A stretch of 64,000 bases of DNA, taken from IMG/VR virus record IMGVR_UViG_3300025930_000007, positions 124,001 through 188,000 of that record; one strand, 5' to 3'. The notes below the pieces were generated by a model. That model saw only the letters and a list, made by a program, of their open reading frames with translations. It ran no database searches and had not been told where the DNA came from. Shown here one piece after another: positions 16,376-26,802 of the stretch (the first letter of the stretch is position 1; every line of letters begins with the position of its first letter). The position numbers and the translations under genes are program-made.

Positions 16376-19300
16376 ATGGCCCCCGAGAACACCTGCTATG
16401 TTGTCATCCGCGGCGCAAAGCCCGGGCTGACCAAAGAGATGCCCATCCTGGTCGACGGTGGGCCCCTCTGCATCGCTGGCCTCTGGAACTGGCGGGATTG
16501 CGTTACGGTCGCCGGCCTCTACTTCATCTACCACAAGGTCAGCGGCTTTCCGTTCGGTCCGTATTATGCTTCCATTCCCTTGGCCGAGAAGGCCATGAAG
16601 AAAGCTCTCAAGGATATTCCGAAGGACATCTGGAGCCATGATGCCCAGTGGTATGGAGATCAGCAATGGCTCGGGAAGTATATCGAGGAACATCTCGGCA
16701 AGCCTATGGATCTCGTCGGCGGCGAATGGGAGAAGGAGGGGAAATAGGCCATGTGCCAAGCCTATGAATCTCTAAGCCGCGTCTATTCCTGGTTCGAGGC
16801 GAGAACCTGCAAGTGCGGCCATTATCACAGCCAGCATGGGCCGAAACGAACCCAGGAAACCGCGTCCCAACCAGCGTTCATCGGAGCGAATTGTCCGAAC
16901 TGGATCCCATATTCCGACTTCAAAGTGTGTCCGTGTCGGAAATGTGAGTGCCCAAACTGTGAGCTCAAGAAGTACGGTCTGAAGTCTATTCACGATTCTT
17001 AGGAAAGATCACATGAAGCATCTGAAACGGTTCTGGGCGAAGGCGATCATCCTGGCGGTCGTCGAAATCGACGCGCAGACGATGGATGCAGACGATCGCC
17101 TGTACTGGCATGAAGTCTTCAAAGGCGCGACGAGTTGAGCACAGCAAAATGCACGTTTTGCGGAGGTACTGGCGAACGCCTTCACTGGATCAAGAAGGAT
17201 GAATCGATCAAGCGCCCATGTCCCTATTGCAAATGCTTCAGCGAGGGTGCTCCGTGCCCGTATGCAGAATCTCATGGACCAGAAGAGCCTGTCGTCATCG
17301 GGACGACGGTCCGCGGTCAAGAGAAGGGTCCTGATGGGAAGCTGCGGACGATGGATAAGAGCAGCGATCGGATCATCCGATACGCGGATTGGGAGTTTCG
17401 CTGCGTGATCTGTTTTCCGAGATGAGTTATGACGCGCGAGGAATTGAACGCGCCTTGCGGGGAATGTGGGCATACCCGGGAGAGCCACGACTATAGCGGA
17501 TGCTTATGCTGGATCGAAGCCGATGCCAGTCGGAAGTGTCCTTGCATGGTATGGAGACCGGAATCATGACCGAAGAACGACCGGAATACGTGAAGTGCGC
17601 GAAGAAGGAGCGTTGGGAAACGCTTTGCGGTCGTCGTCCGGATGCCTTTGAATGGCTCTTCGAGAACATGGAACACGCCTTGGCGAACGAGGCCAATGGT
17701 GGCTACCTGATGCTGTGCAACGATTGCCGGAAAGCCAGCGAAGGCCAGAAGAAGATCGAAGTGCAGTGTTTCAATTGCAACCGTGCCATGACGGTCTCAA
17801 AAGCAGACGGGCAAGAATATGGTGACAAGAAGTGGCTTTGCGCCGGCTGCGCCCTTGGGGACGAAGGGGACAATGGATGAGCTATATGACGAGAGCGGAA
17901 AGAATCAGGCAAGACATCTTCAGGCTTCGAACGCTGGCAGATGCCGCCATGGAACTGGCCCACGCCAACGACTTCCACGCGGCTGATAGGTTGCTGCGCG
18001 AATCGAAGGAGCATCTTGTTGAGGCGATCCAGTTGTGGGCCGACGTGGTAGACGAAAAGGGGACCCTCGAAGAGAGAGTCTAGAACATGACATCTGAGCT
18101 AGACAGCCTCCAGCGAATCATGAACTACCTAAAGGGCGGGGGCATCGTGCACTTCGCAGCTACCAAGGAAGATCCGATTGCCTGCAGTCTTCCGGCTGCC
18201 GAGTGGGCCTCGGACGACTGGATCTACGTGAATTGTCCCGAGTGCCAAGAGGCCGCAAAAAGCGAAAGCAATTCCAGCGAAAGGAAAGCATGACTCCAGA
18301 ACAGATCAAGGAACTCGAAGAGTACATGAGGCAGAAGGCTGAGGCCAGGCGCATAAAGTATCCGGTGGAGGTCACGGGCATCGACTTCGACGTGAAGATC
18401 GGCGTCTCGAACAAGTCCTTTTTCGGGTCTCTGGGATCTGAAAAGGGTCCAGGCACCTTCGTCTCGATTCGCTCCTGCAAGAAGGAGCATGGCGACAAGA
18501 CCCGCCTGGGCCTTCTGATCGGCTACGTGCCGATCCACACGAGCGTCGAGTACTCGAAAGAGAAGCGCCTGAAGTTCATCGTCAGCGGAGACAATCCTGC
18601 GATCTTCGTCTTCGATCTCAACGAGGTCGTCCTGGGATGCGAGAGCTTCTGGGGCGCGATCGAGAGCGAGAAGCAGCTCCGGGAGATCACGAACGACGAC
18701 ATCCAGAACGTCTGGTACATCAAGGCCCTCAAGCAGCTCAGCGAGAAGAAGAAAGAATATCCTGATCCTCTGGGGATGACCTTGGGGAACATGGAGACCC
18801 AGGAGGAGTTCTGGATCTGCCAGCACTGCCACAACGGTCACCACGAGGAATGCACGGGCATGGCCTATGACGTCGACGTGGAGGAGTCGTCGGCCTGCGA
18901 GTGTGAAGTGAAGAAGGGACACCCGAAGAGGAAGTGAGCATGGCTACCAAGGCTGATCTGGAAGAAAAGATCGCGATCATCGACCAGGCGCCGGCCTGTC
19001 CCAAGCATGGCCGGGACGCGCTCAAGATCTGCATGGAGCCTGGTTGCAATGATGTCCACTGCGGAGGATGCCACGGCGGCTCCTGCCAGTGCTGGAACGA
19101 CGAATAGACGAGGCTTTTATGATGGGGATGGCTCCGGACGACAAAGGCAATGCGGAACGCGCGAGACGCGCCGCCAATGAATGGCAGCACGTCGCTGAGG
19201 TCTGGGAGGCCCGTTTCAACACAGCCGTCGAGCGTATCCAGACGCTGGAACAGATCATCCTGAAGCTCAAGGCCTGCTACAACTGGGATCGCGACGAATA

Positions 19301-20802
19301 CCATTCGAACATGGAATTGGTCCAGGAAGTTGAAAAGGCGATGATGGGAGTCCGAAAGCGCGAAGCATAGACGTGAAGTAGTAACGGGGAAGGAGATAGG
19401 GAATGGAAGTCCTTAGATGGATGGGCGAGAACTGGTTCATTACCCTGGTACTTGCCGGTATCGCCAGTGAGACGGTCATTCGAGTCTTCAATGCCGGCAA
19501 AGTGAAGGCCATGAAATGTCCAAAGTGCGGGTATCGGAAGGTCGAAGTCGACATTGAGGACGAGGACTGATATGGCCGATCGCTTCTTCGAGATCGCGAA
19601 GACTTTTGCGGATGCTCTCCGCGGCATTCGGCATTTCCAGGTGTCCGATACTGCCAGCGTTACCTACAGCCTCGGCATCACCGGCGACAAGCTCGCCCTG
19701 GCGAAGAAGGCTCTCGCGGAGTTCGAAGACATCGTTTGCATGTGCGGACACCAGGGCCCTGATCGCCAGGGCGAACATATCGGCTCTGAGATCCCGGCGC
19801 CCAGTAAGCGCCTCGCCTGCACCCATCCAGGCTGCAACTGCAAGGGCTTCGGCAATCTGAAGGCCTCAGTCGACTTCATCATGGATACGCGATTAGGTGG
19901 TCCATGAAGTGCAATATCTGTGGGCATCAGGAAGGCCTGCTGGGATTCTACTTCACCTGGTATCCCGGCTGTCCGGGCCCGGAACCTGCGGAGCATCCCG
20001 TGTTCAAGTGCCCTGAGTGCGGATCGAAGGATCTAGAGGAGATCCATGGCTAAACGCTTTAAGAAGAAGTGCAAGTGCCATGGCAAAGTGGCTTTGGTCG
20101 ATAAAGTCCCCTGGAAGCAACTTCAGAAGAATGAGGGCGAGATGTATTGCCTGAGCGCGATACTCGAGTCAAAACAGATCTATTCCCCTTATATTCCTCT
20201 TCTTGAAGTCGAAACGATCAAAGCGAGGTCAAGATGACGAAGAAATTCCTGAAGCTGATCCCGACCGCCATGGGATTCCCAAGCGAAGGCATCTGCGAAG
20301 GGTGCGGCAAGAAGAAAGATCGCTGCAGCTATTTCTTCAACCGCGAGGCCTGCTGCAAGAAGGCGAAGGGCGACGACTTCCACGACATCTGCCAGGATTG
20401 TGCGGTAGCAGCCGGCAAGGGCACGACATGGTTTTATGTGGGCGGCGGCAGCATTGCGGTGGCACAATCATGAACTGTCCAACCTGCGGGATCCTGTACG
20501 ACGATGCGATTCCCCATCCGCCTTCTGCCTGCCTTGCGCATGCCGGCGCCGAGCTCGCCAAGGCCAAGCAAGCGCTCGACGGCGCCCTCGAACAGATCGC
20601 CATCATGCTTCGGGAACGCGAGGTCATCTTCACGCCACGGGAACTCAATTGGGTGATCGATTCCTTGGGAAGAAACTTCTCGAGGCTATCGGCGCTGAAG
20701 GAGCAAAAGCTTTCGGCGGCCGACAAGGAAAAGCTCTCCAGGGAGATGGAGGAGCTTCGAGTACTTCACCTTCGACTTGTGAAATGGAAGAGGACGGTAT
20801 AA
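16376..20802 (+). other. run of about 15-20 short, overlapping hypothetical ORFs, many Cys-rich
   Basis: e.g. 16376-16747, 16751-17002, 17135-17425, 17500-17880, 18087-18293, 18290-18937, 20234-20473, 20470-20802; CxxC pairs; ATGA overlaps. Confidence 0.65.
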
Positions 20803-20966
20803 GGCTACCCGCGGCGTATTAAGGCTGACGTAAGAGATCAGAACCTCTTGAAGTCTGAGGGATAGACGGTATGATTAATCCGTTGGCCCACCATCCACTC
20901 CCCCTGGATGGCCACGAAGTTCGAAGGACCAGTTTCCGCCCATCGCGATCTAAGGGGGTTATTCTC

Positions 20967-21905
20967 GTGGAACTGATCCTCCTCGGTCTGGCCGGCCTCG
21001 GTGGCCTGGCCCTTCTCCTGCAATCCAAGCCATTGCCATCTCAGGAAGATGCCGAGAAGGCGTTCAAGGTCCTGGACAAGGATCCCATGGATCCTGACGC
21101 GAATACGACCTTCGGCAAGTGGAAGGCTTTCGTCCAGGGCGACTACGAAGGGGCGATGCCCTACCTCGTCCACTCCAAGGACGTGACTCTCAAGACGCTT
21201 GCGGAACATGAACTGGATGACGCTGCTCTCGCGCTATCTTCGGCGAAAGTAGCGATGGGCGACGAATGGGTTGCTGCCGCCAAGAAACTCCCGGCTCTGT
21301 CGCGGATCTTCTACGATCGGGCCGCTCAGTGGTATATCAAGGCGTGGCCAGGCCTTGAGGGTCAGAACAAGGAGAAGCTTCGACTCCAGGGTCGCAAACT
21401 CGCTCTGTCTCGGCCGGTTGGTCCTGCCCGGAAGGGAGTGCCGGCGGACTGGCAGCAGGATGTAGGTGTCGCTGGTCGGCCTCCGGTTCTCGACGGCAAC
21501 GTCTCGCGCACGGGATCCTATTCGATCAAGATCCCGCCCGCGGATGAGAAGGTTCAGAACTCGGTCAGTGCCCTCGTCAGCAATCTGATCCCCATCAGCG
21601 GCAAGGAATACGAACTGGCCGCTTATATCCTGGCAGACGGCACGGAAAACGCCGGAGACAGGATGGCATTGAGATTCTTCGATGCGACGGGTGCGATGAT
21701 AGGAACTCCCGCATCGACCTTCTATCCTCTCGACCTTCCTTTCTGGAATCGCGTGGCCCTCAAGGGGAAGGTTCCGGAGACTGCCGTGCGAGCTCAGGTG
21801 GTCATCGTGCTCGCATCCAAGAAGGGCACGATGTGGGTGGACGACGTGTCCCTCAAGATCGACGGCAAGGATGTTCTCAAGAACGGGTCGTTCGAAGATA
21901 AATAG
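20967..21905 (+). CDS. exported protein with planctomycete-type helical domain and C-terminal CBM4/9-like beta-sandwich
   Basis: GTG after GGGGG SD gives hydrophobic MELILLGLAGLGGLALLLQ; DPDAN..GKW.AF.QGD..GAMPYL, GDEW, RAAQWY; GTMWVDDVSL, LKNGSFE. Confidence 0.65.
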   Translation: MELILLGLAGLGGLALLLQSKPLPSQEDAEKAFKVLDKDPMDPDANTTFGKWKAFVQGDYEGAMPYLVHSKDVTLKTLAEHELDDAALALSSAKVAMGDEWVAAAKKLPALSRIFYDRAAQWYIKAWPGLEGQNKEKLRLQGRKLALSRPVGPARKGVPADWQQDVGVAGRPPVLDGNVSRTGSYSIKIPPADEKVQNSVSALVSNLIPISGKEYELAAYILADGTENAGDRMALRFFDATGAMIGTPASTFYPLDLPFWNRVALKGKVPETAVRAQVVIVLASKKGTMWVDDVSLKIDGKDVLKNGSFEDK

Positions 21906-21922
21906 AAAACTCGAGGACTAAA

Positions 21923-22255
21923 ATGATCAAGTTCAAGCCTCCCGCCTTGAAGCCTCAGCAGCTCGGAGCGACTCTCGCTCCTGCTCCTGTTCTTCCTCCG
22001 GGCCCGGATCCTCTTTACACGGGATACACGGGTATTCCCGGGGTCCTGGAAACCCTGGCCGTCGTTGCTGCGACAGGTTCCGCAGCGTGGCTGGGCATTA
22101 CCACGGCTCTCGACAAGAGCGAGAGTCAGACGAAGAAGATCGCGGGCTGGGTCGGCGGCGTAGGTGCAGCTCTCGCGGGCCTGCTCTACCTCGGCGGCAA
22201 GACCGGCCTCAACCAGATGGCCTATCTTCCGGCCGTTCGCGTGACGCCCGACTAA
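21923..22255 (+). CDS. small two-TM membrane protein with LGA leader
   Basis: KPQQLGA; two Gly/Ala hydrophobic helices. Confidence 0.7.
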   Translation: MIKFKPPALKPQQLGATLAPAPVLPPGPDPLYTGYTGIPGVLETLAVVAATGSAAWLGITTALDKSESQTKKIAGWVGGVGAALAGLLYLGGKTGLNQMAYLPAVRVTPD

Positions 22256-22268
22256 CGGAGAACGAGGA

Positions 22269-22565
22269 ATGGGTCCTTATCCGATCATTCGTCTCGGTCA
22301 GACGGTTCAGCCGATCTCTCAACCGCTGCAGACTTCTGGGCCATCTTCCTTCCTGACCAACCCCAAGGGCGCGATCGACGCGCAGATCGCATCGATTGAA
22401 AACACCTTCGCCGAGAAGATGAAGGATCAGAATTTCAAGTCGATGCTGATCGGCGGCGGCATCGGCTTCCTGGTCGGGCTCATCGCCTTCCCGATCGGGC
22501 AGAGCCTGATGGGATACACCGCAGTCAAGACGTCGAACATGCCTCCTCAGGATTACGCCTACTAA
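22269..22565 (+). CDS. small membrane protein with RLGQ leader
   Basis: IIRLGQ; MLIGGGIGFLVGLIAFPIG. Confidence 0.7.
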   Translation: MGPYPIIRLGQTVQPISQPLQTSGPSSFLTNPKGAIDAQIASIENTFAEKMKDQNFKSMLIGGGIGFLVGLIAFPIGQSLMGYTAVKTSNMPPQDYAY

Positions 22566-22575
22566 CGGAGATCCT

Positions 22576-23289
22576 ATGCGTGTCGTGAACGTCGATTACA
22601 GCCGGAACGGCCATCAGCCCAAGAGGATGGGCCAGTACGGGCCGTATCAGACGACCTTTACGGTCCCTCGAGAGGCCGCCTTCCGGATCATCGATGAGAA
22701 CGGCTTTTATAACGTGAATGCCGGGAAGAAGTTCCCCTACACGATCACCAATATCGTCACGGCAGACGGCATTCCTCTGGGCCTCGCTCCAATCCAGAGC
22801 ACGGCGCTTTCCGGAGAGGACTCCGTCGTCCGGGTGCAGATCCCGATCACGCAGGGCCAAGGGCAACTGAGCATCGGCGATCAGCCGGTGGACGCCGTTC
22901 TCAGCCTGTACGGGATTAACGGCAATATCCAGTATCCGATCTTCGAGAATCGGAAGATCCGCTTCACCGTGACGCCGGCAAGCGCTTTCCCTCTCAACCT
23001 GCAGGCCATCTACGAAAAATACGACGCGGACAAGTACGCGGCCGAAACCGCCGCCCAGGACGAGATCATGGCGCAGAAGTACTCCCAGATGATCGCAAGT
23101 GAGGCCCAGGCCAAGGCGGCCGCGGACAAGGCCAAGGCTGCTGCCGATGCCGCAGCCGCGAAGAAGCAGGCGGCTGATGATGCGATCGCGGCCGCGACCA
23201 ATGAACAGGCCTCCAGGAACAAGATGATCTGGACGGTTGGAGGAATTGCGGCCCTGGGCTTGCTGAGCTATCTCGCCTTCGTAGACTAG
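22576..23289 (+). CDS. tail-anchored protein with MGQ leader and Ala-rich coiled coil
   Basis: KRMGQ; AKAAADKAKAAADAAAAKK; IWTVGGIAALGLLSYLAF. Confidence 0.7.
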   Translation: MRVVNVDYSRNGHQPKRMGQYGPYQTTFTVPREAAFRIIDENGFYNVNAGKKFPYTITNIVTADGIPLGLAPIQSTALSGEDSVVRVQIPITQGQGQLSIGDQPVDAVLSLYGINGNIQYPIFENRKIRFTVTPASAFPLNLQAIYEKYDADKYAAETAAQDEIMAQKYSQMIASEAQAKAAADKAKAAADAAAAKKQAADDAIAAATNEQASRNKMIWTVGGIAALGLLSYLAFVD

Positions 23290-23296
23290 GGGCGCC

Positions 23297-23671
23297 GTGT
23301 TCGAGTACTGCAGTTCCCGGCATACCGATCCGAATTATCTCTACTCCGGAACCACCGATTGCGGGATTCTGGATCTGAAGACCAGGGTCCTGCTGCTTTA
23401 CTCCCTCGTGAACATGGGCGGCCAATGGAAGCAGCTCCATGTCGTCGCTCCCCTTAATTTTGAGGACTTTGTCAGGGCTAATATTTTCAAGGGAGAGACC
23501 CTAAAGGAGATCTTCCAGACCGCTAAAAAAGAGAAGGACTTGAAGCTTAAAGTGAAATGTGTGAGGTCAGAAAGCGAAGAACTTCTCAAGCTGATCAGAC
23601 ATGATGCGGCGGAACTCACGCCGGCTGATCTGGCGGCGCTGGAGACGATCATCGCCGAGGTCTTCGCCTAA
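23297..23671 (+). CDS. hypothetical protein, probable paralog of 23683-24057
   Basis: MFEYC...H.DP...LLYSL; 124 aa. Confidence 0.65.
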   Translation: MFEYCSSRHTDPNYLYSGTTDCGILDLKTRVLLLYSLVNMGGQWKQLHVVAPLNFEDFVRANIFKGETLKEIFQTAKKEKDLKLKVKCVRSESEELLKLIRHDAAELTPADLAALETIIAEVFA

Positions 23672-23682
23672 GGGAGGTCGGC

Positions 23683-24057
23683 GTGTTCTCGTATTGCAAG
23701 GTTGTCCATCGCGAGCCTAAGTCTCCCTGGTATGGGTCGGAGGACGTCAGCGTCCTGAACGCCGGCGGAGACAAGATTCTCTTCTATTCGATGCTCTGGC
23801 GGGATGGTCAGCCTCAAGGTCTTCGGTTCGTCGGCCCCCAACCGGCAGCCAGGCTATTCTCGGATCTGCCACTCAACACGGATGGCTTGAAGGCAATGAT
23901 CAAGCGCCTGGACATCGTGGTTGGAATCCCCGAGTGCATGGACGAGCTCGACCAGGACGACATCCGCACCATCGTTCTCCGCGACGTCGCGAATGCTCCC
24001 ATCCCCCAGAAACGTGACTTCCTGGAGCGGGGCTTTGAGCCCTTTCTCTTTCCATGA
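23683..24057 (+). CDS. hypothetical protein, probable paralog of 23297-23671
   Basis: MFSYC...H.EP...LFYSM; 124 aa; GGAGG SD. Confidence 0.65.
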   Translation: MFSYCKVVHREPKSPWYGSEDVSVLNAGGDKILFYSMLWRDGQPQGLRFVGPQPAARLFSDLPLNTDGLKAMIKRLDIVVGIPECMDELDQDDIRTIVLRDVANAPIPQKRDFLERGFEPFLFP

Positions 24058-24563
24058 AGATCGCCGGCTGGCATGGCGGCCCAAGAAATCTGGTCGGGCC
24101 TCTTAGAGGTACCTGTTCCTCCGAAGGATGCGGCGTCTATCTTGCCGACACAAAAGCCTTCGCCGCCCACTTCGGATATCCCCATCGCGTGATAGCGTCG
24201 ATCAGGAATCCACTGGTCGTTGACGGAGAGAACATGCCGGCGCTCGAGGGGAACCTGCATCTTGGATTCTTCAGGGATAGTGCGCCGGATACCACCTGGA
24301 TGCGAGCGAACTACTATGCCTCTGAGAAGGCCGAGCTCCTGGATGTGGATCCGGACCGCGATCGCCAGCTTTATTTCGAACGTCTCTTTAGCCGGTTCGG
24401 GCCCGCACTCAATGCTTATCTACGCAAACGCGGCTATGATTCCATCTTGTTCAAGCTGCAGGTCGATCGCCTGCCGGAGCGCTTCAGCCAGGATCCCAAA
24501 CTCGCCGGGAAAGAAGTCCAGTGGTGGGTTGTGTTCGATTCGGCAAAAGTGCAGCTTGACTAG
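24054..24563 (+). CDS. ADP-ribosyltransferase-like protein (ART-PolyVal-like)
   Basis: WHGG, GVYLA, AAHFG, IRNPLVVD, GYDSI, VVFDS pattern. Confidence 0.6.
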   Translation: MKIAGWHGGPRNLVGPLRGTCSSEGCGVYLADTKAFAAHFGYPHRVIASIRNPLVVDGENMPALEGNLHLGFFRDSAPDTTWMRANYYASEKAELLDVDPDRDRQLYFERLFSRFGPALNAYLRKRGYDSILFKLQVDRLPERFSQDPKLAGKEVQWWVVFDSAKVQLD

Positions 24564-25276
24564 CGCGACGCGATGATGCTCACGGTCGTCGGGACGTGGT
24601 AGTCCGCCGGCATGTCTGGGCCCGGTTTCAGAACCTCAATGGACTTGAAACCTCCGTCCTGCAGGAGCAAGATCAGCGCGGTGGCGGTGGGAACAGTCCT
24701 CAGATCGGAAGATAGATTCGACCGGATCGTGGTAGGCTCACCCTTCGTCCGGGCCCGGAGATGGAAACAGGGTTTGTCATCGACGGCCACTTCCCCATCG
24801 ATGACGAGGATCTCCTTGGTGATCTTCATCGCCTTGCGAAGGACGTGAATCGGATCTGTCAGATGGTAGTGCACTCCCAGCATGAGCGTGACATCGGGAT
24901 CCGCGCCAGTCCACCCATCCTCGTCCTCGAGGTGCGCTTTCATAAAGACGCAGTTATTGATCCCCAAGGTGTAGGCGGCCGCCTCCGCTTCCTGGATGAA
25001 GGCCTCTGAGGAATCCAGGCCCAGGACATGCGCTGCTCCGGATCTCGCAGCTTCCATGCTCCAATAACCTTGGCAGCAGCCGAGATCAAGAACCTTCTTT
25101 CCGGCGAGAGATCCTCCGAAATGGTTGAGGAGCGGCTGGAAGAAGTGAGCCTTGCGCTTCTCGACACGATCCGCCCAGCCAGGCCGCGTGGGGACCGTTT
25201 CTCCCCACGGGAATTCGAAGCGGTAGTGCCAGTAGAGAGCCTTCTCGAGGATCTTGCGGGCTTCGTCCGGGCTCAT
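24560..25276 (-). CDS. class I SAM-dependent methyltransferase (CmoB/DUF1698-like)
   Basis: WHYRFEF, GKKVLDLGCCQGYWS, VLGLD, GVHYHLTDP. Confidence 0.85.
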   Translation of the reverse strand: MSPDEARKILEKALYWHYRFEFPWGETVPTRPGWADRVEKRKAHFFQPLLNHFGGSLAGKKVLDLGCCQGYWSMEAARSGAAHVLGLDSSEAFIQEAEAAAYTLGINNCVFMKAHLEDEDGWTGADPDVTLMLGVHYHLTDPIHVLRKAMKITKEILVIDGEVAVDDKPCFHLRARTKGEPTTIRSNLSSDLRTVPTATALILLLQDGGFKSIEVLKPGPDMPADYHVPTTVSIIASR

Positions 25277-25974
25277 ATCCTTGTCGGAGTGACCTTCACC
25301 GTAAACTTGGGTTTCTCCGGCTCGGGCTTGGGAGGGCTTTCTGGTACCAGTTTGGCGGTTGAATCAGCGTACCAGATGCTCGACCGGTGATTGACGGCAT
25401 AGGATTCCGCGGGCGGATTCGTAATCAGCATGGGCTTCTTGGGGAAGGCCTTATATTCCTCGTGGGTATAAGGGATGAAGGTCTTCCGGTCGAAGACGCG
25501 CACGCCGGGTTCTCCCATGACATGCTTCGTGAAAAAGGGAGGTCCCATCGCGTTCCAGGGTTCCGGCTTGAAATTCTTTCGGCAATCCCAGACGATCTTC
25601 TGCAGGAGTTTATGGCCTTTGGTGACTCCGATGACCGCATTGCTGTAGACCTTCAGGTCCTCGCGCTGCCAGCAGACGAAGAAATCGACGCCGTTCACCA
25701 ACATGTCGATGTTCTTAAGGCATTCCATGTCGGTATCGAGATAGACGCCGCCTTCCCGGTAGAGGATCTCGTAGCGGGCGATGTCCGAGCGCTGGGCCAA
25801 GCTCGTGCATTTCGGGAAGATATCCCGGTTGTTCAGCTTGCTGCATTCCTTTTCCGTCCAGAGCTTCATCGTCCAGGTCGGATGCAGCTTCATCCAGGAC
25901 TCGCCCCATTTCGAGAAGTGGAAGGGCATGGGCTTACCGCCCAGCCAGATTCGATGGAAGATTTTCGGGATCAT
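25273..25974 (-). CDS. glycosyltransferase, GT32/Och1-like (DXD)
   Basis: MIPKIFHRIWLG, SDIARYEILYREGGVYLDTDMECLK, GPPFFT. Confidence 0.9.
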   Translation of the reverse strand: MIPKIFHRIWLGGKPMPFHFSKWGESWMKLHPTWTMKLWTEKECSKLNNRDIFPKCTSLAQRSDIARYEILYREGGVYLDTDMECLKNIDMLVNGVDFFVCWQREDLKVYSNAVIGVTKGHKLLQKIVWDCRKNFKPEPWNAMGPPFFTKHVMGEPGVRVFDRKTFIPYTHEEYKAFPKKPMLITNPPAESYAVNHRSSIWYADSTAKLVPESPPKPEPEKPKFTVKVTPTRI

Positions 25975-26744
25975 CTATGCGAGGCCTCCAGAAGCTGGGC
26001 GACGACGGGCAGGAAATGAAAGGAATGGGTGATCTCGGATTCAACCTTCCCCTCGGCCTTGAGAGCGGCCGCGCGGCGTTCGTAGCGGAGCAGCCGGCCC
26101 GGATCCGGCCAGCGCAGGGGTGAAGAGGCGGGAAAGATCGTTTCGGTTTTCAGTGCTGCAGGAGATGACAGCAACAATGGTCCGAGGGTTTCCCTCAGGA
26201 TGCTGTAGGTCTCGCGCAGCGCGGATGTTTTTAGCTCGGTCTCCTCGGCCGAGAGGGCGAATTCCTGCCGGGGCTGGCCATCCGGAACGGTCTGGACGCC
26301 ATAGCTCTCCTTCCCTTGGGGCTTCTGGTAGAGAAGCGGTACCTCGTAAGTCCCCGCCCAGGGCGCGTCGTCCGCGCTGCCGACGATCGCCAAGGTAAGA
26401 TCGTGGACGGGGTTATAGAACTCGACGGCGTCGCAGAGGATCTGCTCGGGCTTCGTATTCTTGAGCAGATTCCGAACCTGATGGGCGATGTGGTGGAAGT
26501 AGTCGCTGTTCACATGGAGAAGCCCGTCGTAGAAGGCCTGCTCCGGATGCGAAAGGAAGATCGCGTTGTCCAGGAGGCCGATCGACCGGAGGCCCTTTCT
26601 GGTTTCGTCTTCCCTGGCCTTGCCGCCGCCGTCGGTCAGGAAGATGATGAAGGGCCGCACTTTTTTGAGGAGCGCGAGGATTGCGATCTCGTGATTGGGA
26701 TGGCTGAAGACCACCACGGTCTTCTGTTTAAGGTCGAAGGACAT
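25971..26744 (-). CDS. PIG-L/LmbE-like deacetylase-fold protein
   Basis: VVFSHPNHE (HPDDE variant), FLTDGG...R..E, NPVHD. Confidence 0.6.
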   Translation of the reverse strand: MSFDLKQKTVVVFSHPNHEIAILALLKKVRPFIIFLTDGGGKAREDETRKGLRSIGLLDNAIFLSHPEQAFYDGLLHVNSDYFHHIAHQVRNLLKNTKPEQILCDAVEFYNPVHDLTLAIVGSADDAPWAGTYEVPLLYQKPQGKESYGVQTVPDGQPRQEFALSAEETELKTSALRETYSILRETLGPLLLSSPAALKTETIFPASSPLRWPDPGRLLRYERRAAALKAEGKVESEITHSFHFLPVVAQLLEASHR

Positions 26745-26772
26745 TTTAGGTTCCGCCCGTATCTCCTGAATG

Positions 26773-26801
26773 AAGATACGCGGTTTACCTGAAAAAGTCC
26801 A
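26773..26801 (-). promoter_or_regulatory. sigma70-like promoter with GTAAACCGCG box
   Basis: TGGACT-17-TATCTT upstream of the glycosylation cluster. Confidence 0.55.
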
Positions 26802-26802
26802 G

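Noticed and set aside
20871-20990. Type IV prepilin motif (KG-VILVEL)
   Set aside because: A GGGGG SD before GTG 20967 suggests the motif lies mostly upstream of the real start; not fully excluded.
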